DNA of 64,000 nt from Pecten maximus (GCF_902652985.1 NC_047022.1:29450001-29514000), one strand, 5' to 3'. Shown: positions 37,701-48,331, counted from the stretch's first letter. Notes: generated by a model not told the origin, from the sequence alone. Program-made: numbers and translations.

Positions 37701-40700
37701 AAAATACAAATAATCATTAATGTGAAATAATCGTCAGGTTTCTCCATAACAGTTATCAAATTTAAATATAGAATTCGTACGCGCTTTGTTCGATTAGTGA
37801 TATGCAAATCCGTTACTTGTTCTGATGTTTGAAGCTGAAACACCAAAAGTCTAAAAAGATAATATTGGCATGTTGTTAGGAAACAATGTTTGGAAACAAG
37901 AGTCTCTATTATGTACGCTAAAAGAATGGAATCGGATAAAAATTGCAATGAAATATTTAATAATCAAGGTAAAAATAAAAGCTTTATTCAAACAACGGTA
38001 GTCAATTGTCATCAAACCATTATTTTGTATCAATCATATCTGTAATCTTATATCAGATTCAGGAAAACTAAGTACTAATAAGAACCAATTACCCTCAGCA
38101 GTATTTAATTTCTCCATTAAATGCCAATTTTTAATTAGGTAATTGCAGCATAGTGATTCAAGGCGGTAACCCTGGATGTAGAATCAATGGTTTTTTGTAT
38201 ATAATCCAAATGCGAGGAAATGTGCGATTCACCATGAAGAATAGATTATATTTGAAAAAAACGTCACCATTAAAACGTCACCATTAAAATACAGTCTTCA
38301 TTTTTACTCTTGTAGTCATGTGGATCACGTAACCGGGTGTAATGTTGTATTGTTAAGCTGCTATCGCTATTTCGACGCTGCGGTAAACATATACGTTAAT
38401 TATGAATACATTTAAGAGAGGTTTGCGATCTTGTATTATCTTTAATGTGAATGTTTTAATGAGTATCTCCAAAAAGAGAAATAATTGCGTTTACTGTATT
38501 TCTTATTAATCATGTTCATTAATACATTAAATGTAAAATGATAACAGACCCTTTTCACAATCAATGCTTGCTGTTATCTCCCCTGTCCTGTGATATTACG
38601 AAGAGGCGAGACAACAATGCACACATGTGATAGGTTATATTCTTAGTATTGTAAATAGATACTTCCGTAGCCGACAATAAACCAAGAACCTCCTTCCTCT
38701 TCATGTAGACTACATACAATTATGTAATGTGTGTGAATGATACTTGAGACTTTAACCTTTCGACTGTTGATAATAAATCATACCCATTGTCTTACTGAAA
38801 TATCCGGACTGCCGCACAGTAAACCTACCTGTATGCAAATGACACGTACGTTTACAAACGACCGCGATTTCGAGTTTTCAAGTTAGAACTACTGTTCCAT
38901 TGGTACGTTGTGCCTTGTTGATCTTCATCACTGCTTCGTTTCATCATATTTGTTGTAATCTACATAAATATTTTAGTTAACACAGAAGCGGGTTGTTTGA
39001 AATTATCAAAAACCAAAATATAATAAAACACGATTTAGAAGCATGTGATTCGTAATTTGCAGTATGTCATCATTTTTAAATGGCATAATGTAATATGAAA
39101 TAAGCATATGTTCCGCTTAAGGTTATACATTTTATCTGAAAAAAAAATCATATGAGAGATATGATTTAAAGAAAATTTACAAATAGTGGTAAAACGAAAT
39201 CATCGTTTGCATTAGGTATTTTTACATTAAACGGTAAGTTAGAATGAGAGGATTGCTGCAGATCTATGTCTAAAAGATTTCCAAACACTTACCTTATCAG
39301 CATCTAATGCTCTATCTAGGAGCATCGAAACAATGTCTATATAGCCATACAGTGCGGCTGTGCCCAACGCATCCGACTTGAAAATGGAAAGTATCGACCA
39401 AAACTATTTCATTTTTTTCATTATTCATTTTAACGAAAAGAGACATACATGAAAAAAGACGACGACTTGCCCGATATAAAAATAAATTGAAAATAATCTC
39501 GTAATATCGAATGAATATTCTTAAATTTGTAGGCAACCATGCCAGATTTACATTGCTATCACAACGGAATCATAAATGTATCGATAGTAATACATGTTGA
39601 AAGGCATTGTCGTAATTGTAAAAGACAATGGTAAATATACCATCAGATAACCAAATAGATTAAAGTTGAATATCTGATATAATGAACTTATCGTATTATA
39701 AGTTAACAGTTGTTCATTTGTCATTAAATTGTGATTATTTGGTATTTTGCTTATTTTTTCTGAAAATACCGGTAAGTAACCTTTGTTCTGTTCTATGTGT
39801 TATCAAACAGAGTATGTAAGTAAAATTGAAATTCTGTGCAAAACGATATGCTCAACAAGTGTCGCGAAATGGAAATAACAAACACGTCGTTTTATCTTCG
39901 CTATCATCTCTGAGTATAATTAAATGTATGTGTTAACACATTTCCAGATGTTATTGGAGACGTTACTTAAATATACGTGGAATAGTTATAACGTATTATG
40001 TTGGTGAGGTTTCAGATATTTTAATCTCTGTATCACCTGAAGTATTTTTAATATTACTATGGGCCGCAAACGTTTTAATATAAGATATTATTGCAACACT
40101 TACCCCTGTAACATCTGATCCTTTATCAAGAAGTAGTGACACTACGTCTTTATGACCATTTCTTGCTGCATAGGCCAAAACATCCCACTGACGAAATGGT
40201 AACAGTCAATAGAAAAACATTTAAACTAAATCGCATTTCGACAATGAATCAATCATTTTATTTATACAATAAGAATATTATACATGTATTTATCTGTAGC
40301 CTAGATAAATATGCCTACAGAAAAAACGCAACATTTGAACAAGGGCTTTTATCAGTAATTCATTATTGGTTAATTGTAACGCTTAATTGTTTACATTTCC
40401 ATATCTAAAAATCAAATGATCTGTGTTGTCGTATCCTTCAAAAATCATATACATATATAATTTGCGAGGCACCCGGTTTCATCACTTCGCTTCCATATAT
40501 CACAGATGGAGTGTTTAAGTAGCATTTTGATAAATCTGTATCAAGTTAAGTTACTGCTAGCCCTCAGTGGTATTGTTATGGTGATGAGGTCTTCATTTAC
40601 TAATATCACAACTGACTTTGTTATCAAACAGTGATGTTTACTATATATACTAGATACACCAGTCGTACAATGATGTAATGATGTATATAAGAATATACAG

Positions 40701-43700
40701 GAAGTATAAGAGGAATATAGGAAGTATAAGAGGAATATAGGAAGTATAAGAGGAAAAGATGCTTGCGGTTTGGAAAAGGTACATATGGAAAAAAAGGATC
40801 ATATTCCAGGATGAGGTTCATGTAGGAGGAAAAAGTACATACAGGTGGAAAAGGTGTACAAATTGAGGGAAAAGATGAATATAGGAGGTAAATGAATGTT
40901 TGATAGCTCTGTATCTATACTACTATTACAGTCCACTGAAAAAGTCGTTTTCCACAAATACTCAACACAGTGTCACGGTGTAATAGGTCCAATAGCATTA
41001 GTTATGTACTATAAGTGGTATACTTAGTCTGAGAGTCGCCCAGCTGATTGGTGAATAAAGTACATATCAATAAAAAAGGATTATCTTAAGACATGGCACT
41101 CTCATAAAAAAAAACCCTGGTAAAACTACGGCGTGAGCCGCAATCAAATGATCTGTGGCTGATGATAAATGACAAATTATGAAGTATTTGATAGACTTTC
41201 CTTTGCACTAAACATACGTAGGTAATATAACTCCCATACATACGAATTAACTGGTAGGGTGTTAACTACAGTGGTATATTACAGTAATTGAAGAATGGTC
41301 AAGCTTATCAATATGTTTCATATGGTGCCATCCATTTTTGTGTAGTATTAGATGTGGACAGTAACATGTGTTTGAATCTGTTCGATCAGGAATCTATGTT
41401 TGCTAGCACGCCATCTTCCACCCGTTGTCTCGTAATAGGGTATCATTGTCTGATATCTAAAAAGGTTGTTCTCTTAACCGTTATCAGTGTAAGAATAAAT
41501 AATTGCGTTTCACATTGCTATCTTATTCAAACAGCACTTCCTCATTGTCAACAAAGTATTTTATATTATCTTTCGCCTTTCAAGAGGAGGATTATTTACA
41601 TGAATATGTTTTTTTAAATAGTATGTTCACCGCATTTGAAACAAACTATGATCTGGTTTGTAAACCAACAAATATTCTGATTGTGGTGCGAATAGAGTTG
41701 ATCATAAGTAATTTCTATATTATCTGCAACGATGAGGAAAGAGCACAGCATCCGTAAAAAGTGATGTGAAATGAAGTGAAAGAAAGTCTGGCCTTTTTAT
41801 TCCGGTAGAAGCACTATATATATTGAAACATTTAGTTGAATACATTGCCATGGGTTCCACCGATCAAACAACCTACACATACAAACATGTTTTATTTCGA
41901 TCCGTCACCAACATTCAAGTATTCCAATGAACTTTGAGATGGTGAAATGAGTTTTTGTGTTACCTGTAATATTCTAAAGTGTTACCTGTGATATCTATAA
42001 TTTTACGACTTACCTTTTTGATATCTGCTCCTTTATCAATGAGTAGTGTCACGATATGTTTATGCCCTTCTTCTGCTGCGTACATCAGAGCACCCCCCTG
42101 CAAACAGAAAAACAAATTTCAGTTTTCATTGTCAAATATTTTGATCCCTTTACATGTTATGAATACTTACACTGGTTACCGATTGGCTAAAATTTGACGA
42201 AACGTCATGATAAGTTTTTCTATTTGCAGCTCTGGTTCTGACCAATCTCCATAGCAATTTTTTTCCAAAAAAGATTGATCATCAAACTTAAGTAGTTATC
42301 CTACCAATAAGAACCTATAAGTCAGGATATATGTTCATACATGTCTATTCCAGTCAGGTAAATTGGTTAAGCTGGTGTTACACAGTTTGGTATTGAAACA
42401 ATTTTAATTGGATTGGAAACATTGTGCAAAAATCGGTATAACTATCACATGAAACCATATAAAATCTGGTTTTCATTTAGCTGAAATAGCATGTGCAAAT
42501 ATCAATGTAAGCTTTAATGACTACCTGAATCAGATAATGAGAGAGAACGATTTCGAGTATTTAACATGTGTTCCATTTGAAATATATGTAATCTAAACAT
42601 TCATCCTTATCGATGTCTTTCTAATTTGTTTTGTACTAGTATATACTTACATACTTGCTTACTTCCTTACAAATATGTATTTTCTTTAAATAAAACAAAC
42701 CAAAGAAAGAAAGATAAACAGTATTTAGGAGAATGGAGGTCTTCCTATCAAACACTGAGTCAGTCACCTTATTAGGGTCAGCGCCCTTCTCTAGCAACAT
42801 TTTCACGATGTCCACATCACCATTCTTTGCTGCCTTTCCCAATGCCTCACCCTGAAATAAACAATTAATTTTTTGATAATAACTTGGACCAATTAGAGGC
42901 AAGTAAATGGTCATTTCCGTAGAATGTAAAACTGAGGCTCCGAGAGCATACCCAATTCCATCAAAATCGGACAACGTCTAAATTTCGACCATTTAAAGGC
43001 CAGCCATTTTGTCAAAACGTGAAAGACAGGTTACGAGAGTGACCGGTGTCAAATGATGCACATGCCAAATGTCATTAAAATCTAGATTGCGACCAATCAG
43101 ACGCTTCTGTTTCTTTACCATAGCAACCAACCTTTTCGGAAATCGACATATCAGAGGCCTCCATTTCGTTATATGACAACCAAACTTTCTGAAAGGATTA
43201 TCACGTTATCCAGCATCCCTAATGAAAACTCCTCTCTGTACCATTAACATCTTAATCACGAGACGAACATTATTTAAGTGGTATACAAACTAGCATACAC
43301 ACACATATAATACATTTGACTCGTATATCTATACTCACTCAAACACACACACACACACACACATATATGATATATATACATGTATATCATCATCATCATT
43401 ATATAATAGTGGTATGACAGATCAAGTGGCAGATCATTTCTGGCAAGGACAGTGCAAATGGTACACTAAACCACTTTACATAACTTTCAGCTATTCGACT
43501 GTGTATCGGTTACATCCTGTATGGACAATACGCTAGGTCGTACCAACGCAGCTCCTTTCTGAAGTGCTTTTGGCACAGTATCAAAACAATTTATATGAAT
43601 TATTAGCTGAACAATATAGGGATAGTGACATTGCCGGTCGTTGACTTAGTTATGATAATCTGTCAATTTATTAACATTAGCTTTACTTTAGCGGTATTTT

Positions 43701-45594
43701 GTTTATTAAAACACTAAATATTATTAGTTGTGAATCTATTCCTGGAATACTGACCATTTTTATTATAAGTACTGTAACACTGGGTGGTGTAAATGAATGT
43801 ATATAGTTAAGCACTTCTTAGACCTATGAGCACTTTTCGGATGGATGTGATGTCTTACAATTAAATATTTGAATTAAGTTGTAAATCTCCAAATTTATTG
43901 ATGAAGTTTGAGGGTGCGAGTACTGCCGTTTTTAGCTAGCTAAGCGGCTCGTTATGGCGTGTGGAACGTTGCAATATTCATAGAATTTATATTTTTGTTC
44001 TAAAAAATAAATATTTGTTCTTAAAAAATAAATATTTGTTCAATAACACAAATATTTGTTTCAAAAAAATAAATATACATTCAAAAATTAAAATTATATG
44101 TTCAAAAAAATCAATATATGGTCATAAAATATAATTATTTGTTCATAACGTGCAATGTTTGTTCAAAACTAAGATATACATTCAAAAACTTTGAATTTGT
44201 ATTGTAAAAATTCAAATATTTATTCCATATTTGAAATATATATTCAATATTCAATATATTGATTCAATGTGCAAAAAATATATATGGTCAAAAATGTTGC
44301 ATTGTGGGACAGCATGAAATGCCACCACAATGTCGTTCGTTATGGCGTATTTTATTGGGTAAACGAAAACGAAAATAGTCTTCATCTTATAAGTGTTTGA
44401 CACAGCGATAGTGGCGGGAGAAATATGGTAGGCCAATCACATTACGTATTTGTGTTGTGCATCTGTCGAAAACGTGTACCCTTCTATTAGCTGGATTTCG
44501 GGACCCATATTTGTCATTTTAGTTATTACTATTTGCTACAGTAATCTTTCGGTTAGAAAGGAACTTTGTGTCCTGAATTGGATAAAACATTTTCACTTTC
44601 CGTGCACATGGAAGGTTGAATGGAGGTTCAGTATAAGTCACTCCTTATGAAACCACTGAAGTTTAAAATGCAGTTGTAATGTGAACATAATCATTGTATT
44701 TGATTTTCAATAATACACGCCTATAGATCTACGTAACGGAGACCATTTTCATTTTCATCGCGTTTTCCGTTTCTATCTTCTGCAACCTCCATTTGAAGGT
44801 GTACACATGTAGCTAACCACGTGCACCCATCGCGATTTCAAACACTTATCAGATGAAGACTACTTTCGCTTTCTTTTACCCAATCAAATACGCTTTAACG
44901 AAAGCCCTTGTGGTGTCATTTCATGCTGTCCCACAATGCAACATTTTTGACCATATATATTTTTTTGCGCATTGAATAGATATTTTAGATATTGAATATA
45001 TATTTAAAATATTGAACAAATATTTATTTTTTACATTACAAATTCAAAATTTTTGAATGTATATCTTAGTTTTGAACACATATTGCACGTTATGAACAAA
45101 TAATTCATATTTTATGACCATATATTTTTTTGAACATATAATTTTAATTTTTGAATGTATATATTATTTTTGAACAAATAATTGTGTTATTGAACAAATA
45201 TTTATTTTTTAAGAACAAATATTTATTTTTTAAGGACAAATATTTATTTTTTAGAACAAATACATAAATTCTATTAATATTGCAACGTTCCACACGCCAT
45301 AGCTCGTGGTGGTTGTTACATATGGTCGGTGCTAACCACTTGGCATCACAGGGGCTCGGTTTTAACCCCGATTTTTTTATAAGGTTTCAGAATGTATACG
45401 AATACTTGATTTATAGTGTTGTGGTTGTTTACTGATGTCATATGTTACTCAAAAACCCGAAACCGAGCCCCTGTGCTCGGCATCGGAATACTAACATGAG
45501 ACTGTAAAACTTGGATGACCTCCTACACAGGCATTTCCTTCAAACATAATGTAAAATCAGATACAAACAATCTACTCACCTCTTTATCTGCCAT
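19455..45594 (-). CDS. kinase-less ROCO protein: 9 ankyrin repeats - Roc GTPase - COR - 2 death-fold domains (1188 aa, 20 coding exons)
   Basis: Exons 45580-45594, 42768-42851, 42014-42097, 40104-40187, 39293-39376, 37501-37584, 36754-36837, 33780-33863, 32461-32544, 31622-31705, 30674-30740, 28753-29193, 26777-27064, 23527-23645, 22011-22360, 20987-21872, 20818-20848, 20111-20419, 19455-19759 total 3567 nt (count by listing is 19 coding exons plus at least one inferred upstream non-coding exon); all GT-AG with matching phases and no internal stop. Roc motifs GHKGVGKS, ST, YDFGGEKVFYNTHHCF, ILVGSHLD; COR motifs WEKPVPAKW, IVLQPQWTIDAF, YFIVPCML. Confidence 0.88.
20111..20419 (-). CDS. ROCO death-fold domain 1 exon
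   Basis: LTYKEIGRISGYIGMAYQVFFVTLG...LEQEREEH...ITKIFLQL...IAKAM; helical death-domain pattern; phase 1/1. Confidence 0.8.
20818..20848 (-). CDS. ROCO 31-nt micro-exon
   Basis: TTTTACAG|CAG AAA ATG ACC TGC AAC GAG CTA CAC AAT G|GTAGGC; required for the phase 0 to 1 switch. Confidence 0.75.
20987..21872 (-). CDS. ROCO COR exon
   Basis: NLKFTGTFHCFD...IVLQPQWTIDAFKAIITD...SGVL...LWE...METLNLL...YFIVPCML...FIPQAVWDKMIA; phase 2/0. Confidence 0.9.
22011..22360 (-). CDS. ROCO Roc end / COR-A exon
   Basis: FPIAN...QSQWEKPVPAKWVALE...EMVDFLR; phase 0/2. Confidence 0.9.
23527..23645 (-). CDS. ROCO Roc exon (G4)
   Basis: EIAGDWLRNIATYA...PPIILVGSHLDKVSSD; phase 1/0; too short for the ORF track. 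Confidence 0.9.
23768..24415 (-). mobile_element. HINE/Helentron-associated element in ROCO intron
   Basis: ATACGCCCGACG at one end and CGTCGGGCGTAT plus GGCCC..GGGCCCTTGTT at the other; (GCGG)n microsatellite; ~145-bp diverged tandem core (GTCCGGACCATAACT). Confidence 0.75.
24507..24893. mobile_element. non-autonomous Mutator(MULE)-like element, copy 2 (inverted relative to 9154-9554)
   Basis: Same TIRs and internal sequence in reverse orientation; perfect 9-bp TSD TTGTGTTTG. Confidence 0.85.
25000..25175 (+). mobile_element. possible decayed tRNA-derived SINE
   Basis: A-box-like head GCGACAGCTCGGTTGGTTAGAGTG; remainder not assignable. Confidence 0.3.
26598..26746 (+). mobile_element. short HINE-type remnant
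   Basis: (GGAC)n microsatellite followed by stem TATTGGGCACC...GGTGCCCTAATA. Confidence 0.55.
26777..27064 (-). CDS. ROCO Roc exon (switch II)
   Basis: VTLYDFGGEKVFYNTHHCFMSSNMVFVLVVD; phase 1/1. Confidence 0.9.
28263..28350. mobile_element. possible mini TTAA-target element (Kolobok/piggyBac-like)
   Basis: TTAA-GGCAGT...ACTGCC-TTAA inverted ends 80 bp apart. Confidence 0.35.
28753..29193 (-). CDS. ROCO Roc exon (P-loop, switch I)
   Basis: ITVVGHKGVGKSCFVKQI...PNSTDT; phase 1/1. Confidence 0.9.
30290..30435. repeat. ~145-bp imperfect palindrome centred on GAAGGCCGCAGGCCTGAG
   Basis: TGCAGGATATACAAC...TTTTGCAATT..ATTAATAAC mirrored by GTTATTAAT..AATTGCAAAA...GTTGTATATCCTGCA. Confidence 0.8.
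30674..30740 (-). CDS. ROCO ankyrin cap/linker exon
   Basis: 67 nt, phase 0/1: LMIGDVLPNYKKGVTKIIEKKQ; supplies the phase change needed to join the Roc exon. Confidence 0.8.
31622..31705 (-). CDS. ROCO ankyrin exon 9
   Basis: 84 nt, phase 0/0: SNALREAARYGHEDVVTMLVERRADPDK. Confidence 0.9.
32461..32544 (-). CDS. ROCO ankyrin exon 8
   Basis: 84 nt, phase 0/0: GDPLAAAASRCNKNMVTLLLDNGADIKK. Confidence 0.88.
33780..33863 (-). CDS. ROCO ankyrin exon 7
   Basis: 84 nt, phase 0/0: SRALREAAIHGDEDIVTMLLERGANSDK. Confidence 0.9.
34107..35452 (+). mobile_element. HINE/Helentron-associated element, copy 2 (7 x ~170-bp core) between ankyrin exons 6 and 7
   Basis: Same 5' box, (ACGG)n and 3' stem as 13783-14459; monomers start near 34213, 34386, 34560, 34729, 34901, 35070, 35236. 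Confidence 0.9.
36754..36837 (-). CDS. ROCO ankyrin exon 6
   Basis: 84 nt, phase 0/0: DDALTEAASVPNKNIMTLLLDKGADIKK. Confidence 0.88.
37501..37584 (-). CDS. ROCO ankyrin exon 5
   Basis: 84 nt, phase 0/0: SNALREAARYGHEDIVALLLERGADPDK. Confidence 0.9.
39293..39376 (-). CDS. ROCO ankyrin exon 4
   Basis: 84 nt, phase 0/0 (AAG acceptor): SDALGTAALYGYIDIVSMLLDRALDADK. Confidence 0.85.
40104..40187 (-). CDS. ROCO ankyrin exon 3
   Basis: 84 nt, phase 0/0: WDVLAYAARNGHKDVVSLLLDKGSDVTG. Confidence 0.9.
40690..40760 (+). repeat. 20-bp purine-rich tandem repeat, about 3.5 copies
   Basis: AGGAAGTATAAGAGGAATAT repeated. Confidence 0.85.
42014..42097 (-). CDS. ROCO ankyrin exon 2
   Basis: 84 nt, phase 0/0: GGALMYAAEEGHKHIVTLLIDKGADIKK. 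Confidence 0.9.
42768..42851 (-). CDS. ROCO ankyrin exon 1
   Basis: 84 nt, phase 0/0: GEALGKAAKNGDVDIVKMLLEKGADPNK. Confidence 0.9.
43953..45301. mobile_element. 1349-bp foldback non-autonomous IS3EU-like transposon
   Basis: Termini TATGGCGTGTGGAACG...CGTTCCACACGCCATA, ~460-bp inverted arms with AT-rich subrepeats, perfect 6-bp TSD GCTCGT. Confidence 0.85.
45347..45475. mobile_element. 129-bp non-autonomous element (P-superfamily-like termini)
   Basis: 16-bp TIR CACAGGGGCTCGGTTT...AAACCGAGCCCCTGTG; 8-bp TSD cttggcat/ctcggcat. Confidence 0.8.
45580..45594 (-). CDS. ROCO gene: likely start exon (MADKE), within a 99-nt exon 45580-45678
   Basis: ATG GCA GAT AAA GAG|GTGAGT, phase 0; acceptor TTTCTTAG at 45679. 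Confidence 0.6.
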
Positions 45595-45844
45595 AGTCCG
45601 TGTAAACTTATCCTTGAGGAATGTTACTTTTTTTTCTCCAGTCACATAGCTTCATTGAATTTGTTGTCGTTTTGCCATCTAAGAAACACAATGAATGTAT
45701 GAAGGTTTAAAGCCACATACATAAATGTTTACATTTTGACCTCTTTACAGTTTTCAAACTTAATGTATACCAAACAAATTATTCCGAATCCAAAATTGGA
45801 GGAAAATGTGTATTTATGACAGCATACGGGAAATTCCCAAGAAT

Positions 45845-46625
45845 AACAAGGATGGATAGTATTGCAACAGCAATACAAAGTCCCCTGCCTGACCTAGGAG
45901 TGCACCTGTTCATTTCCCATTTTTTAAACTGTTATACTGATCATGTATACCAAGTTTCGTTAAAATCGCAGTAGTACTTTAGGAGGAGTTGTCCGGACAA
46001 GCCTCAACCAATGAGAAGCCGGCGGCCATTTTGAAAAATGTTTTTTCAAAAAAAAAAAAAATATGGGATGCACAACTGCATGTTATTCTGATAATGTATA
46101 CCAAGTTTCGTTAAAATTGGAGTAGTACTTTAGGAGGAGTTGTCCGGACAAGCCTCAACCAATGAGAAGCCGGCGGCCATTTTGAAAAATATTTAAAAAG
46201 AAAAAAAAAAATAAACAAATAAAGTACAACTACATGTGATACTGATAATGTATACCAAGTTTCGTTAAAATCGGAGTAGCACTTTAGGAGGAGTTGTCCG
46301 GACAAGCCTCAACCAATGAGAAGCCGGCGGCCATTTTGAAAAATGTTTTTTTCGAAAAAAAAAAATGTGGGATGCATAACTACATGTTATACTGATTAGG
46401 CATACCAAGCTTCATTAAAATCGGAGTAGTACTTTAAGAGGAGTTGTCCGGACAAGCCTCAACCAATGAGAAGCCGGCGGCAATTTTGAAAAATGGTTTT
46501 TCGGGGAAAAAATGTGGGATGCACAACTACATGTTATACTGATCATGTATACCAAGATTCGTTAAAATTGGAGTAGTACTTTAGAAGGAGTTGTCCGACA
46601 TATTGTGCCCAAAAGAATAGTAAAA
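45845..46625 (+). mobile_element. HINE-type element with ~150-bp tandem core (about 5 copies)
   Basis: 5' box AACAAGG..GTATTGCAACAGCAATACAAAGTCCCC; core shares AGGAGGAGTTGTCCGGACA with the 170-bp family. Confidence 0.75.
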
Positions 46626-48331
46626 GGGACTGGAATCGACAAAATACTAGGCTTTCCTTGGGAAAAGAATTGATTCGTTGGAACTAATCAAAAGAAGAAA
46701 AATGAATAGACTCGAATTCTGATTTTGCCGTGCGTGTATAATGGACTGCTGGTTAGCTTGTTACGTATTTCTCGAACAATATCAGCTTCACCGATCTTAA
46801 TTTCATCAATATTTTGTTGTATCTATATTACTTTATTTCAAAATTAAGCTTTTAGTTGTATGTTTGTTTATATTGATCAGTAATTACGAGAATATTTTGC
46901 TAATATGTTAGGCAAATTAACGTATACTCGATATGTAAACATCGGCCATTTGTGTAGTTTATAATCATGGGTAAATGTAGTGTGCGTTGTTGTAGTTATC
47001 GGCAATGTGACAAATCTCGTGATAAAAATAAATATTATTTTTCGACATAGCTGTATAATTTTCTTTTGGCCCTGATATGACGCGAAAGGTGGCGTTACTG
47101 GTCAAGATGAAATATGTGAATTATCATTGTAGCGGTAAATGCAAAATGCAGATATGCATTTAAATATCGAATGCAAGCTGAATAAGTGGGTGTATCAATT
47201 CAAATGACACATTAATAAAATCATATTCCTGATTCAAATGCAGTCTTATTATCACCAAACTGATATCACTTTGTTATCCGTGCTGAAACGCATGTATTAA
47301 TTATTTCGTTAATTTATTTCACCAGCAGTTTTACATCATAACCACCGGCATTAAAACTATGCCGTTTATGTTTTTTAAAAGATATTTCTTGTTATACACT
47401 GATGTTGCAAGGATTCCCCCGGTCAAGCGTCCAGTCCAATGATCACGAGCATCTTGGATTGCCATTAACACATGTGTTCAACAAGAATTTTAGGTTATTT
47501 GGGAATATGTGCTGGCTTTAAGTCGCATAGTTTATGTTAAAAGGATGTTAAATACCACATGCTGTACCTTTATATACTTATAACCAAACAATATTGTACG
47601 ATATGGCTTTATTCAATATTCGACATTTTCTTAATCTGTATCTAAATTATCTGTTTTATAATGCACTTGTAGTCGCATTAGATTTAAAACTTTGTATACG
47701 GCCTTGTTTCCCCATTTGATGGCCCCAGAAACGTTCAATGGTTACCGTTGGCTGATGTACTTTTTGCCGCTCGCTGATTGATATATCTGATTTTTCAACA
47801 TTTTCGCAAAAAGAATTCACCAGTGTTATTTCCATCTGAAGTTTTCAAACGAAATGTGGCAGTGAACAAGTTTACTGCGGTCGTAATTCTGCCGAAACTC
47901 CACCTTAGAATGCATACGGACATCTATTTTGTAGTGATTTTCATTCAAAGGTTATTTTCAATTTTATGATTTTATGATAGTTATTTTAGTAGGGTCCCTT
48001 GTCATGATGTTATAGTGTGTTTTATAATATAAATCTGATGGATGCCTTTCCATGATGTTTTTATAATGTTTTCATTCCAACTTTGTATGATACACGTAGC
48101 ATGGTCATGCGATTCTTCCAAATTTATGCTAATCATATATGTGAGCGTGTTATGATGTCTCTTTAATAAATTGTCATCATGTCTGAGATTTTGTAATCTT
48201 GCATTAGATTTTTAAACACCCAATGGTGTGATATTTTGTATAGATGGAAAATAACCAGGTGGATGTGGACTGTTAAGTTATGGAGGGTTAATATGAATTT
48301 GTAGTCTAATAGCATTGGAGGATGAACATGA

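Noticed and set aside
41340-41460. Possible additional ankyrin exon between exons 2 and 3
   Set aside because: Acceptor-like site present but no ankyrin pattern or 84-nt GT-AG frame in any phase.
5422-45475. CACAG termini as RAG-type recombination signals
   Set aside because: No CACAGTG heptamer with a spaced nonamer; the motifs are TIRs with 7-8-bp TSDs and do not flank the ankyrin exons.
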